A stretch of 64,000 nt of DNA from Candidatus Multivoradales bacterium (GCA_965248055.1 CBDFIJ010000004.1:1504001-1568000); one strand, 5' to 3'; shown: positions 38,819 through 48,790, numbered from the stretch's first letter. Notes: generated from the letters alone by a model not told the origin. Numbers and translations are program-made.

Positions 38819-39469
38819 CTACTCGCCGATCTCTACCGTAAAATGGGCCAAGGTCTGGGCTTCAAATCCAATCACTAGATCACCACTCTTCAACCGATTT
38901 AACTTGCCCTTGCCAGGATTCACCCGGGCTAGGTCGGAAATCGAGCTATTGAGCCAATCCGCATTGCGGTCGCGACTCCGGGCCTGCTGCTCAGAGAATC
39001 TGCCGTACCAAACCGCAACCCCTTTGCCGCCCTGGCGAACCACGACCAAGTCCAGTTGATCGCCCAGCAGCCCCAAGCGATCAAAGTATCGAAGCGCCGA
39101 GCTTTGAAACTCCGGGGTGTAGAGATTGGTGCCAACCACGTCCTTCGGAGTGTGGATTTGGTTTTCACCAGAACCTAAGTCCACGGCCACCCAGATCGAG
39201 CGCACTGCGATCTCCGAATCGAGGACAAGCTCGCTATCCACAACTTGAACCTTACGCAGAACTCGATCGCTATCCGACGCTTCATGATAGGCGCCAACAA
39301 TCGCCACTCCGGCTGCAGAATGATCTTGCAGCACCACCCGGTCGCTGGTCACTTCCAACTCCAGCGCGACCGATGGCCACGCCATAAGCCCCAGGGCGAG
39401 ACAAATTAGGTTCTGTTTGGTTCGGATCATTGTCTGGTTCATTACCCGTGTCCCGTCCAGAATCGGCAA
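38819..39469 (-). CDS. Hypothetical secreted beta-rich protein
   Basis: Signal-peptide-like segment (LICLALGLMAWPSVA); fills the gap between genes; no family recognised. Start probably 39442 or 39430. Confidence 0.55.
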   Translation of the reverse strand: MPILDGTRVMNQTMIRTKQNLICLALGLMAWPSVALELEVTSDRVVLQDHSAAGVAIVGAYHEASDSDRVLRKVQVVDSELVLDSEIAVRSIWVAVDLGSGENQIHTPKDVVGTNLYTPEFQSSALRYFDRLGLLGDQLDLVVVRQGGKGVAVWYGRFSEQQARSRDRNADWLNSSISDLARVNPGKGKLNRLKSGDLVIGFEAQTLAHFTVEIGE

Positions 39470-39678
39470 GACGCCAGCCCGAGCAATCCTCCAGATTTAC
39501 CCAAGACAACTTTCCCGCAGTGGATCTTCCCACGATTAAACAATACGTTGCTAACCAGAAATCGTTTTTCTGCAGTACCAACCTCCCCAACATAGGCTGC
39601 CTTGTTGGGCGAAGAAGCATTGCTGGAATCAGTCCTGAGGCGGCCCTCGCCGGTTCCACCGCTCGGTCTTTCGTAATA

Positions 39679-40767
39679 TCAATAATTCGAAGATGCCGAG
39701 GCGAGCAACGGTTGAATCACACCAGCCATTCCCCCTTGAGCCTGCACCAGCACCTGAATCTCCGACCCCATCCCAGCCGGGTTCAGCAACAGTTGGGCTT
39801 CCTCGCGAGTCTGGTGGTCGGCGTCAGCGAGATCATCAAAGAGACCAAAAGCGGTTAGCCATTCGGCGAGCTTGAAGCGGCCGAGCGTGGTCAGCCCAGC
39901 TGCTTCTCCAGTTTGGCGCAGTAGGCTGAAGTCGACGTGCGCGGTGAGGTCTTGCTCCCCGACATGGACAAAAGGATCGCGGTGTACTTGATGCTCTCGA
40001 TAGCAGGCCAAGGTGCCGTGCCTGCGAATTCGAGCGTCGGTCAATTTCGCTTTGGAGTAGCCGTAGTCAAAGGTAAGCAACAGTCCGCGCTGCAGCGTCC
40101 CCGCCAGCTGGCGATAGAGCGGATCCCAGCCAGGGGACAGATCCACTATCTGTCCGTTTTCAAGGTTCATCCCAGCGACCATTTCCTCCAAGTTCGGATC
40201 GGATAGTTCATCCTCCAGCCAGACGAAGTGGGCATCGCTGGAAGGCTCGCTGTCTACCTCTTTGCCTGCTGGTGGTTCGACTTGGACCCACAGCTCTCGC
40301 AACCGCCCTGACCGCCAAATCAAACGATGCACCGGCAGGGCGTCAAACAGTTCATAGGAGAAAACCAGCCCGATGATGGCGGCGGACTGCAACGGGTCGA
40401 TCCACGAGACTTCACCGGGCAAGGGTCGCTTGACTCGATCATGGGCGAACAAGCCCTGGCTTCGTCCCTGATCCACCAAGTGGCTCAAGTGCTGACCATC
40501 GCCAAATCCAACCTCCAAGAAATCAGCCGACCTTCCCAACTGTTGATCCAGCTTTGCCAAGAGTCGATCGGTCGCGTTAGCAAACAGTCGAGACCGGGAA
40601 CCGGTTACAAAATCACCGTGACGACCGATCAGCGGACGATCGACCGCGTAGTAACCACCCTCGCCATAAAGCGCGGCATCCATAAACGCCGCAAAGGGGA
40701 TTGGGCCCTGACTCGCAATTCGGCGGGCGATTCGCTGGGAGACGCTTCCTCCAGTCAGGTTGCTCAT
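39679..40767 (-). CDS. SAM-dependent methyltransferase, MidA/NDUFAF7 family
   Basis: GPIPFAAFMDAALY..GGYY, GDFVT, EVGFGDG, ELFDALPVH, DYG, QDLTAHVDF. Confidence 0.88.
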   Translation of the reverse strand: MSNLTGGSVSQRIARRIASQGPIPFAAFMDAALYGEGGYYAVDRPLIGRHGDFVTGSRSRLFANATDRLLAKLDQQLGRSADFLEVGFGDGQHLSHLVDQGRSQGLFAHDRVKRPLPGEVSWIDPLQSAAIIGLVFSYELFDALPVHRLIWRSGRLRELWVQVEPPAGKEVDSEPSSDAHFVWLEDELSDPNLEEMVAGMNLENGQIVDLSPGWDPLYRQLAGTLQRGLLLTFDYGYSKAKLTDARIRRHGTLACYREHQVHRDPFVHVGEQDLTAHVDFSLLRQTGEAAGLTTLGRFKLAEWLTAFGLFDDLADADHQTREEAQLLLNPAGMGSEIQVLVQAQGGMAGVIQPLLASASSNY

Positions 40768-40842
40768 AGACCCCCACTCTCCAGGGTTCTTGGTCCGCAA
40801 TCGAACCCGAATTCGGAGACGGGCAAGCTAGAATCCTTCCCA

Positions 40843-41858
40843 GTGACGCCGCCACCGACCCCCAACCCCGAGCAGTTGCTCGAAATTGTCCAGCGCATGG
40901 ACCAAGTCCGCGTGCTCTTGGTGGCTGATTTGGTGTTGGATCGGTTCATTGTCGGACGGCCTTCCCGCATCAGTCGAGAAGCTCCGGTGCTGATTCTGCA
41001 CCAAGAGGACGACATCTTGACCCCAGGGGGTGGCGCCAACGCCGCGGTTGCCGCCGCGGCATTGGAGCAAAGACCTCTGCGGCGGGCGCGGTGGGCACCG
41101 ATATTGAGGGCGACGGCCTGCTTGCCTCACTCCAAACTTCGGGAGTCGATACCGAAGCAGTCCAACGAATTAACAGCTATCAAACACCGACCAAGACACG
41201 AGTCGTGGGTCATGGCACGCATGCCATGCCGCAACAGATTGTTCGCTTCGACCGCGAAGATTCTTTGCCGAGCGACTTTACCCATCCCAAGCTCGACCCC
41301 AATTCTGTTGACCTGATCCTGGTCTCTGACTACGGCTATGGAGCCGCGACTCCCGCGACCCTGGAGTCCGTACGCAATACGTCAGATAGCGAGACTCCGG
41401 TCCTGGTCGACAGTCGCTATCGCTTGTCTGACTATTTCGGGATCTCCGGTGCCACCCCGAACCAAGAAGAAGCCGAGCGCATTTTTGGCCACTCGATCGA
41501 AGATCATCCGGTGGAAGCGGCACAAGAACTGCGCCGGCGACTGCGTTGCGACTACCTGCTGTTGACGCGCGGCAGCGAAGGAATGATCTTGGCTCTGGAC
41601 GGAGGCGAGGCTCAGTTTCCGGTCCACGGAGGGTCGCAGGTCGCCGATGTTACCGGCGCGGGGGACACCGTCATCGCTGCTTTCGGTACCGCGCTCGGCG
41701 CCGGTGCGGATCCATTGGCGGCGGCGCTGATCGCCAACTACGCGGGTGGTGTGGTGGTCACCAAGGTCGGCACCGCCAAAGTCAATCGGACGGAACTGAC
41801 CGAGGCCATCGATATTGACCCCAGGCCGATCGAGCAAACTGTCTGGACGGCAACTTGA
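40843..41858 (+). pseudogene. HldE/RfaE domain-I heptose-7-phosphate kinase (PfkB) split by a 1-nt frameshift (real or sequencing error)
   Basis: First frame: DLVLDRFIVG..SRISREAPV..PGGGANAA..AL. Second frame: GAKTSAAGAVGTD, TPTKTR, SDYGYG, TPN, DVTGAGDTV. One G is missing at 41064-41065. Confidence 0.8.
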
Positions 41859-41941
41859 TGGGATTATTCGGTGATCCCCAACATCCCACACACGCTTACT
41901 TCACCAACACTTTTCTGGCACCTTCCGGCTAGGGGCAGGAC

Positions 41942-43003
41942 GTGAGAATTCTCATCCTGCGCACCAGCGCGATGGGCGACATCGTCCATTCTTTGCCGGT
42001 TCTCGCTGCGCTACGCCAAGACATCCCTGACGCCAAGATCGGCTGGGTGGTCGAGCACCCGTTCGCTCCGCTACTGCAAGGCCACCGAGACCTGGAGGTG
42101 GTCTTTGAGGTCGAACTGCGGCGCTGGCGCAAAGACTTGAGAGAGGGTCTGCGTTCGGGCTCCCGGGTTCGGCGCCGAATTGACGAATTCAATGCCGACC
42201 TGGTCCTCGATCTGATGGGCAACCACAAAGCCGGCGCGATTGCCGCTCTGGTTCGCGCGCCCCGCGTTTTGGGCCTGCAGCGTGAAGACAGGCGAGAGCC
42301 CACGAGTGCAATGTGGATGACTGAAACCGTCCCTGCAACCGGCGTTCACGCGGTTGATCGCACACTCTCGATTCTGCGCGGCCTAGACATCAACCCCGGC
42401 CCCGCGGACTTTCAACCAACCGAGATCCTCACGGCGAACGAAGGTCCAATGCCTCCAGCCGATCCCTATTTCGTAATCCAGCTTGGCGCCGGGTGGGTCA
42501 ACAAAGCATATCCCACGGCCTCTTGGGCTGAGGTCGCCCAACAACTGGCCAGCGATACCGGATTGTCGGGTTATCTCGCCTATGGGCCCGGCGATCAGCA
42601 GCTCGCTGAGGAGACCATTGCCTCTTCATCCGGCGGTTTGATCGGTTCGGTTCCTTCCGGACTCGGCAACCTGGGACAGTGGCTTCGTACCGCCAAACTG
42701 GTACTCGGTTCCGACACCGGTCCGGTCCACTTGGCGCACGCCCTCGGGACCCCGGTATTAATGGTGATGGGACCTACTGATCCCCTGCGTCACGGCCCTT
42801 ACTTGATGCCGCACAACACGGTCTCGCTGGAATTGCCCTGTCGCGCTTGCTATCAGCGGTTTGACACCATCAAATCTTGCCTCAGTCAACTTCCAGCCAA
42901 CGCCATCGCAAGCCGCGCAGCGCAGCTAGTGAGAGGTAGACGGTTGACCACAGATACCTCGATGCTTAGACTCGCTGGAACTTGCCTGACGCCTTGTGGG
43001 TAG
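41942..43003 (+). CDS. GT9 LPS heptosyltransferase (WaaC-like)
   Basis: ILILRTSAMGDIVH, DLVLDL, GSDTGPVHLAHALGTP, GPTDP. Confidence 0.88.
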   Translation: MRILILRTSAMGDIVHSLPVLAALRQDIPDAKIGWVVEHPFAPLLQGHRDLEVVFEVELRRWRKDLREGLRSGSRVRRRIDEFNADLVLDLMGNHKAGAIAALVRAPRVLGLQREDRREPTSAMWMTETVPATGVHAVDRTLSILRGLDINPGPADFQPTEILTANEGPMPPADPYFVIQLGAGWVNKAYPTASWAEVAQQLASDTGLSGYLAYGPGDQQLAEETIASSSGGLIGSVPSGLGNLGQWLRTAKLVLGSDTGPVHLAHALGTPVLMVMGPTDPLRHGPYLMPHNTVSLELPCRACYQRFDTIKSCLSQLPANAIASRAAQLVRGRRLTTDTSMLRLAGTCLTPCG

Positions 43004-43057
43004 ATACAAAAACGAGCCGAGGACGCAGTTGGGAACGATTATTCGAGTGCATTTTCA

Positions 43058-44782
43058 ATGAGCGAGCGCTTAGGAGAACTACTGGTCACTGCGGAACGAA
43101 TTAGTTCCGATCAACTGGATCAGGCACTGAACACTCAGCGGGAACTAGGGGGTCGCCTGGGGAGCCACCTGATCCAACTGGGAGCGCTGTCGGAATCAGA
43201 ACTGGTGCAGTTTCTCTCCGAGCAGCATGAAGTGCCGTCAGTGGACCTCAGCGAAGTACAAATCGACGACTCGGTGCTCAACTTGATCCCGCGCGATCTG
43301 TGCATCAAATACACCATGATCCCGGTGTCTCGATCCGGGGCCAAGGTGACAGTGGCGATGGCCGATCCGGCCAATGTTTTTGCCCTCGACGACATCAAGT
43401 TCAGCACCGGGTATAACGTCGAACCGGTGGTTGCCACCGAGTCGGCCTTGATCGCGGCGATTGATCGCTACTACGGATCCACCCACGCGATCGAACTCAA
43501 GCGGGTCATGGATGACCTGCGCGAAGACGAAGAGATCCCAGAAGACCTCGAACTGCTCGAGGACGAAGAGGAACTCGATCTCGACACCCTGGAACAGCAG
43601 TCCGGAGAGGCGCCGGTGGTTCGGTTGGTGAACATGATGCTCACCGACGCGATCAAGCAAGCGGCGTCGGATATCCACCTGGAACCTTACGAGCGAGAAC
43701 TGCGTGTGCGACTGCGCATCGACGGCGTCTTGCACGAGACTATGAAGCCTCCACTCAAGCTTCGTGAAGCGATTACCAGCCGACTCAAAATTATGGCCAA
43801 GCTGGACATCGCCGAGAAACGCCTGCCTCAAGACGGGCGGATTCGTGTCAAGACCCGGATTAAGGGTCGGATCAAAGACCTCGACATTCGTGTTTCAACG
43901 CTCCCGGCGATCCACGGCGAGAAGGTCGTTTTGCGGCTGTTGGATAAAGACCAGTTGCAACTTGATATGACCAAACTTGGCTTCGAACCCGAGTCCCTGA
44001 GGCGCTTCGAGCACGCGATTCACCAGCCCTACGGCATGGTGCTAGTCACTGGACCCACCGGTTCCGGTAAGACCAACACCTTGTACTCAGCTCTATCGGT
44101 GATCAGCTCGCCCAGCGTCAATATCTTGACCGCCGAAGATCCGGTCGAATTTGATCTCAAAGGGGTTAATCAGGTGCAGATGCGCGAGCGCATCGGCCTT
44201 AACTTCGCGACCGCGCTGCGCTCTTTCTTGAGACAGGATCCCAATATCGTGTTGGTGGGTGAAATTCGCGACTTTGAAACCGCCGAAGTGGCGATCAAAG
44301 CTGCCCTCACCGGTCATTTGGTGATGTCCACTTTGCACACCAATGACGCTCCATCTTCCATCAGCCGGTTGATGAATATGGGTGTTGAACCCTTCCTGGT
44401 GGCAACTTCGGTACACATGGTGGTCGCCCAACGCTTGGTACGCAGAATTTGTACTTTCTGCAAAGAGCCGATTGACGTACCAGCTCCAGCCCTGGTTGAG
44501 GCCGGGTTTTCCGATCGTGAGGCCAAGAACGTCCGCCTGTTCCGAGGCAAAGGCTGTGATCATTGTAACCACACAGGCTACAAGGGTCGCGTCGGTTTAT
44601 TCGAAGTGATGTCGGTCGACGAAGAGCTACGCGAGCACATCCTTTCGGGAGCGACCACCGACGAACTCCGTGCAGCAGCCAAGAACAACGGAATGCTCAC
44701 CTTGCGAGAAAGCGGATTGGAGAAGATTCGCAACGGACTCACCTCGCTCGATGAGGTGACCCGGGAAACCTTCCGCCACTAG
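43058..44782 (+). CDS. pilB: Type IV pilus assembly ATPase with MshEN-like N-terminus
   Basis: RLGELL..QL..AL..Q, SDIHLEP, DIAEKRLPQDGR, GPTGSGKT, LRQDPN..LVGEIRD, CxxC...CxxC. Confidence 0.92.
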   Translation: MSERLGELLVTAERISSDQLDQALNTQRELGGRLGSHLIQLGALSESELVQFLSEQHEVPSVDLSEVQIDDSVLNLIPRDLCIKYTMIPVSRSGAKVTVAMADPANVFALDDIKFSTGYNVEPVVATESALIAAIDRYYGSTHAIELKRVMDDLREDEEIPEDLELLEDEEELDLDTLEQQSGEAPVVRLVNMMLTDAIKQAASDIHLEPYERELRVRLRIDGVLHETMKPPLKLREAITSRLKIMAKLDIAEKRLPQDGRIRVKTRIKGRIKDLDIRVSTLPAIHGEKVVLRLLDKDQLQLDMTKLGFEPESLRRFEHAIHQPYGMVLVTGPTGSGKTNTLYSALSVISSPSVNILTAEDPVEFDLKGVNQVQMRERIGLNFATALRSFLRQDPNIVLVGEIRDFETAEVAIKAALTGHLVMSTLHTNDAPSSISRLMNMGVEPFLVATSVHMVVAQRLVRRICTFCKEPIDVPAPALVEAGFSDREAKNVRLFRGKGCDHCNHTGYKGRVGLFEVMSVDEELREHILSGATTDELRAAAKNNGMLTLRESGLEKIRNGLTSLDEVTRETFRH

Positions 44783-44835
44783 CCGGTCCCCAATCGTCTT
44801 ACTGAATCCCCAAGGTCTCGATTCATTCTAGGCGG

Positions 44836-45369
44836 CTAGGGCAGCCACGGAGTCTCTTGTTCGCCCCTTCGGGCACCCTCAAACCGCGCCGCGACAAACA
44901 AGTAATCAGATAGCCGGTTGAGGTAGGAGATCGCGGTTGGATCGATGGCTTCCTGCTGGCTGAGCGCAACCGTTGACCTCTCGGCTCTGCGGCAAACCGT
45001 CCTAGCTAGGTGCAGACGAGTAACCGCCTCGCTCCCCGCGGGCAGAATGAAGTTGCGTAGCAGCTCCAATTCACCATTCATCCGGTCGATCCCGGTCTCC
45101 AAAACCACCACTTGGTCTTCAAACAGTGCCTCGTCGGTAGCCGCTCTTGGGTCAGCGAGCTGCGCACCGAGTCGGAACAAAGTGTCCTGCTCGCTAGCCA
45201 AGCGAGTCCGCGTCTCGGGTTGAAGATCGACCGCCAACAGCCACCCCAGTACCGAGTTAAGTTCATCTGCGTCGCCGTAAGCAGCCACCCGAGGGTCGGC
45301 TTTGCTCACCCGTCGACCCCCGCAGAGCCCGGTGGTTCCATCATCCCCGGTCTTGGTATAGATCTTCAT
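44836..45369 (-). CDS. PduO-type ATP:cob(I)alamin adenosyltransferase
   Basis: MKIYTKTGDDGTTGL, YGDADELNS, FILP, RTVCRRAER, YLNRLSDYLF. Confidence 0.92.
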   Translation of the reverse strand: MKIYTKTGDDGTTGLCGGRRVSKADPRVAAYGDADELNSVLGWLLAVDLQPETRTRLASEQDTLFRLGAQLADPRAATDEALFEDQVVVLETGIDRMNGELELLRNFILPAGSEAVTRLHLARTVCRRAERSTVALSQQEAIDPTAISYLNRLSDYLFVAARFEGARRGEQETPWLP

Positions 45370-45453
45370 GCTTTCGCTCCCGCTGGTCTTCCCCTGGATA
45401 TCACTTGCCACCCACGAAGTTTTCGGCACCAGCACCGGTATTCTAGGGGGACC

Positions 45454-47226
45454 GTGCGCGATCCCCGAATCATTCTCCAAAGCCCAGCTTCCACCAGCGG
45501 CTGGTGGGACTTCTCCGATGTAGTCGAAATGGTCGCCGCGACTAGCGTCGAGAAAATTGAGCCGCTGTTGTCGCGAGTCTCCGAATGGGTAGATCGGGGT
45601 GGTTGGGCCGCGGGCATATTGAGCTATGAAGCCGCGCCCGCGTTTGAACCGACCTTCGCCACTCTTGGCCCCGCTGCGGACGGCCCACCACTCGCTTGGT
45701 TCGCTCTGGTTCGCCGGCCCAGAGAGGTGACTTTGCCGGTCGGCAAAGCTGTCCAGCTTCCGAATTGGCGGGCGAAGGTCGCCAAAGCAGACTACCTAGC
45801 CAAGATCGAGGAAATCCACCGACAGATTGCTCTGGGCAATACCTACCAAGTGAACATCACGGTTCCTTTGCAAGCGTCAAACCCACCCGATCCCTGGTCC
45901 TGGTTCCTTGCCTCCCTCAGTTCCCATCGTCGATCCTGCCAAGCGTTTATCGAAATCCCTGACCCGGCGCGACACCGACCGTGGTCGATTATCTCGCTGT
46001 CCCCTGAGTTGTTTTTTCGACTCGACGGCAAGCGCATCTGGAGCCGACCGATGAAGGGAACCGCCCGACCCGGTCGTGACCTCGACGAAACCATGGCTTC
46101 TGCTCGACAATTGGCTTCCAGCGAAAAGAACCGAGCAGAGAACGTGATGATTGTCGACATGGTGCGCAACGACCTGGGGCGGATTGCCGAACCTGGCTCG
46201 GTCGAAGTACCTGAGATATTTCAGATTGAACATCACCCAACCGTATTGCAAATGACCTCTACGGTGAGCGCTTTGACTGACGCCACTTTGGAAAAGATTT
46301 TCTCAGCCTTGTTTCCTTGCGCCTCGATCACCGGGGCGCCAAAAATCTCCACCGCCACGGTTATCTCCGCGCTAGAAGTGCAACCACGCGGCATCTACAC
46401 CGGGGCCATCGGCTGGGTTGGGCCGAATCGACAAGCACGATTTGGGGTGGCAATTCGCACCGCGGTGGTCGACGGAGAACGGCAAACCGCTGAGTACAGC
46501 GTCGGCGGTGGGGTGGTCTGGGACTCTGTCGCCGAGGACGAGTTCGCTGAGTGCGCCACCAAGGCGCGCATCGTCAGTCGACCGCAGCCCAGCTACCAAC
46601 TTCTGGAAACCCTACTGTGGGAGCCAACCCGCGGTGCAGTCTTGGCGAGCCAGCACCGGCGCAGACTCAAAGACTCGGCGCGCCATTTCGGAGTCGAGGT
46701 GGACACGTCAGTACTCAGCCAAGAAATCGAGGCTCTGGTGGATGACAAACGGCCATCCACCGCCTTTCCCGTCAGGATCACCGCCGAACCCAACCAGCCA
46801 ATCAGAGCCTCACGCACCGATCTCGGACCGAACCCTGATCGTTCCGTGGTTTGTTTCGCCACGCTAGACGTCTCGATTGATGACCCCAGAGTGTGGCACA
46901 AGACCACCTCTCGAGAGCCCTACCAACATGCCCTGGGTTCTCAGCCCGGAGTCGACGACGTCTTGCTGATCAACCGGGACGGCGAAGTAACCGAGTCCAC
47001 CATTGCCAATCTGGTGCTATTTTTGGACGGCAAGTGGCTAACGCCGCGACGAGTCGCTGGCTGTCTCAACGGCACTCTGCGTTCGATGCTGCTACAAGCG
47101 GGAGTAATCGAGGAAGCACAGGTCACACCGTCGATGGTGCGCAAAGCACAGCGCCTCTATCTGATCAATTCGGTGCGTGGTTGGATTCCGACACGGCTGG
47201 TGGAATCTGAGCAAGGCCCCGCTTAG
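45454..47226 (+). CDS. pabB: Aminodeoxychorismate synthase component I fused to ADC lyase (class IV aminotransferase) domain
   Basis: GNTYQVN, SPELFF, RPMKGT, KNRAENVMIVDMVRNDLGR, FPCASITGAPK, VAIRT; C-terminal LLETL, HKTT, GEVTESTIAN, GCLNGTLR. Start inferred. Confidence 0.9.
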   Translation: MRDPRIILQSPASTSGWWDFSDVVEMVAATSVEKIEPLLSRVSEWVDRGGWAAGILSYEAAPAFEPTFATLGPAADGPPLAWFALVRRPREVTLPVGKAVQLPNWRAKVAKADYLAKIEEIHRQIALGNTYQVNITVPLQASNPPDPWSWFLASLSSHRRSCQAFIEIPDPARHRPWSIISLSPELFFRLDGKRIWSRPMKGTARPGRDLDETMASARQLASSEKNRAENVMIVDMVRNDLGRIAEPGSVEVPEIFQIEHHPTVLQMTSTVSALTDATLEKIFSALFPCASITGAPKISTATVISALEVQPRGIYTGAIGWVGPNRQARFGVAIRTAVVDGERQTAEYSVGGGVVWDSVAEDEFAECATKARIVSRPQPSYQLLETLLWEPTRGAVLASQHRRRLKDSARHFGVEVDTSVLSQEIEALVDDKRPSTAFPVRITAEPNQPIRASRTDLGPNPDRSVVCFATLDVSIDDPRVWHKTTSREPYQHALGSQPGVDDVLLINRDGEVTESTIANLVLFLDGKWLTPRRVAGCLNGTLRSMLLQAGVIEEAQVTPSMVRKAQRLYLINSVRGWIPTRLVESEQGPA

Positions 47227-47229
47227 CGA

Positions 47230-48015
47230 TCAACCGTAGCGACCCTCAATGTAGTCCGCAGTCTCTTGATGCTTGGGGCTGACAAACATCTTGTCGGTTT
47301 CCGAGTGTTCGATGATCTCACCGAGCAGCATAAATACACACTCATCGCTGGCACGCCGTGCTTGGGCCATATTGTGGGTAACAATCAAGATGCTGTAATC
47401 ACCCCGTAAATCCCAGATTAATTCTTCAATCGCCTCGGTTCCCGCTGGGTCGAGCGCCGAACACGGTTCGTCCATCAGCAAAACCGACGGCTTAACCGGC
47501 AGCAGCCGAGCGATACACAGCTTCTGCTGCTCTTCCAGGGAGAGGTCGGTCGCCGCGCGATTTAGTCGATCCTTGACGGTGTCCCAAAGAAGAACCTGAC
47601 GCAAGGCTTGCTCGACAATCTCATCCTCTTTCCGTGCCGAGTCTTTGACCCCAGAGTCACGATGCGTGCGGTGACCAAATAAGACATTGTCGCGAATCGA
47701 AAGGGGCAGCGGGTTCGGCCGTTGAAAGACCATGCCGACCTGTTTGCGCACTTGGACCAGCTCAACATCGTCGCTCAAAATATTCTGACCCAAGACCTCG
47801 ATGGTGCCGGTGGTGCGAACGGATCCCAGGCGCTCGTTGATCCGATTGATGCTGCACAGCAGGGTCGACTTGCCGCAGCCTGAGGGACCGATCATCGCCG
47901 TCACCTTGCCCTGCAGTACGTCCAGGTCGACGTCTTGCAGCGCCTGGAACAGGCCGTACCACAGGTTCAACTGGCGGGTTGAGATTGCTGGTGAGTCTGC
48001 TGCGGACTTAGCCAA
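47230..48015 (-). CDS. pstB: Phosphate ABC transporter ATPase (copy 2)
   Basis: GPSGCGKS, VGMVFQRPNP, LMDEPCSALDP, VTHNMAQARR, YIEGRYG; signature motif altered (LSLEEQQ). Confidence 0.9.
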   Translation of the reverse strand: MAKSAADSPAISTRQLNLWYGLFQALQDVDLDVLQGKVTAMIGPSGCGKSTLLCSINRINERLGSVRTTGTIEVLGQNILSDDVELVQVRKQVGMVFQRPNPLPLSIRDNVLFGHRTHRDSGVKDSARKEDEIVEQALRQVLLWDTVKDRLNRAATDLSLEEQQKLCIARLLPVKPSVLLMDEPCSALDPAGTEAIEELIWDLRGDYSILIVTHNMAQARRASDECVFMLLGEIIEHSETDKMFVSPKHQETADYIEGRYG

Positions 48016-48790
48016 AACGACCCTCCAGATAGTCCTGAGTTCGCTGATCCTGGGTCTTGCCGCTAAACAGATCTTTGGTCTTGCCCACCTCGACAAGTTC
48101 ACCGGTGAGGAAAAAGGCGGTGCGATCAGCCAAACGTGCAGCCTGCTGCACTAGGTTGGTCACCAAAACAATCGTCATTTCGTCGCGCAAGTCCTTGAGC
48201 ACGTCTTCGATGCGCATGGTGGTAACCGGATCGACAGCGATCGAGAACTCATCCAACAGGAGAATAGCTGGCCGTTGAGACAGCGCCCGAGCGATAGTCA
48301 ATCGCTGCTGCTGTCCACCCGACAGCAAGCTGCCAAGAGAATCTAGCCGGTCTTTGACCTCGTCCCAAAGGGCAGCCCGGGTAAGGCAGCGCTCGACGAT
48401 GTCATCGAGGTCAGCCTTCTTGCGCGTTCCTCTCAACCGCGGAGCCAACGCCACGTTGTCGTAGACCGACAGCGGCAGCCCCACCGGCAGAGGGAACACA
48501 ACGCCGATAAGACGGCGCAAAGCGTAGAGGTTGCGCCATTTCTTGACGTCCTTGCCGTCCAGCAGAATCTCACCTTCGGTTTCCATGCTGGGAACGAATT
48601 GGTCCATGCGGTTCAGGGCGTGTAGAAACGAAGTCTTGCCACTGCCAGCAGGACCGACAATGCCAAAGATCTCGTGCTCGTGAACCTCGAAGGAAGCCCC
48701 TTCTAGCGCTACTTTGTCTCCGTAGCGAATCGTTAGATCGCGAACTTCGATCTTAGGCTGCTGGGTAGCGGCCTTGGGTTTCGCTACCAC
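48008..48790 (-). CDS. pstB: Phosphate ABC transporter ATPase (copy 1)
   Basis: GPAGSGKT, LSGGQQQR, LLDEFSIAVDP, LVTNLVQQA, YLEGRFG. Start GTG 48790 overlaps the pstA stop. Confidence 0.9.
   Translation of the reverse strand: MVAKPKAATQQPKIEVRDLTIRYGDKVALEGASFEVHEHEIFGIVGPAGSGKTSFLHALNRMDQFVPSMETEGEILLDGKDVKKWRNLYALRRLIGVVFPLPVGLPLSVYDNVALAPRLRGTRKKADLDDIVERCLTRAALWDEVKDRLDSLGSLLSGGQQQRLTIARALSQRPAILLLDEFSIAVDPVTTMRIEDVLKDLRDEMTIVLVTNLVQQAARLADRTAFFLTGELVEVGKTKDLFSGKTQDQRTQDYLEGRFG

Noticed and set aside
39470-39678. Cobalamin-riboswitch-like words (GGGAA, CCACTG, GGGAAAG) on the minus strand
   Set aside because: Order and spacing do not fit the B12 element, and the other conserved blocks are missing.
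40327-40842. N-terminal 172 aa of ORF 40327-41316
   Set aside because: Antisense to the MidA gene; kinase homology begins only after GTG 40843.
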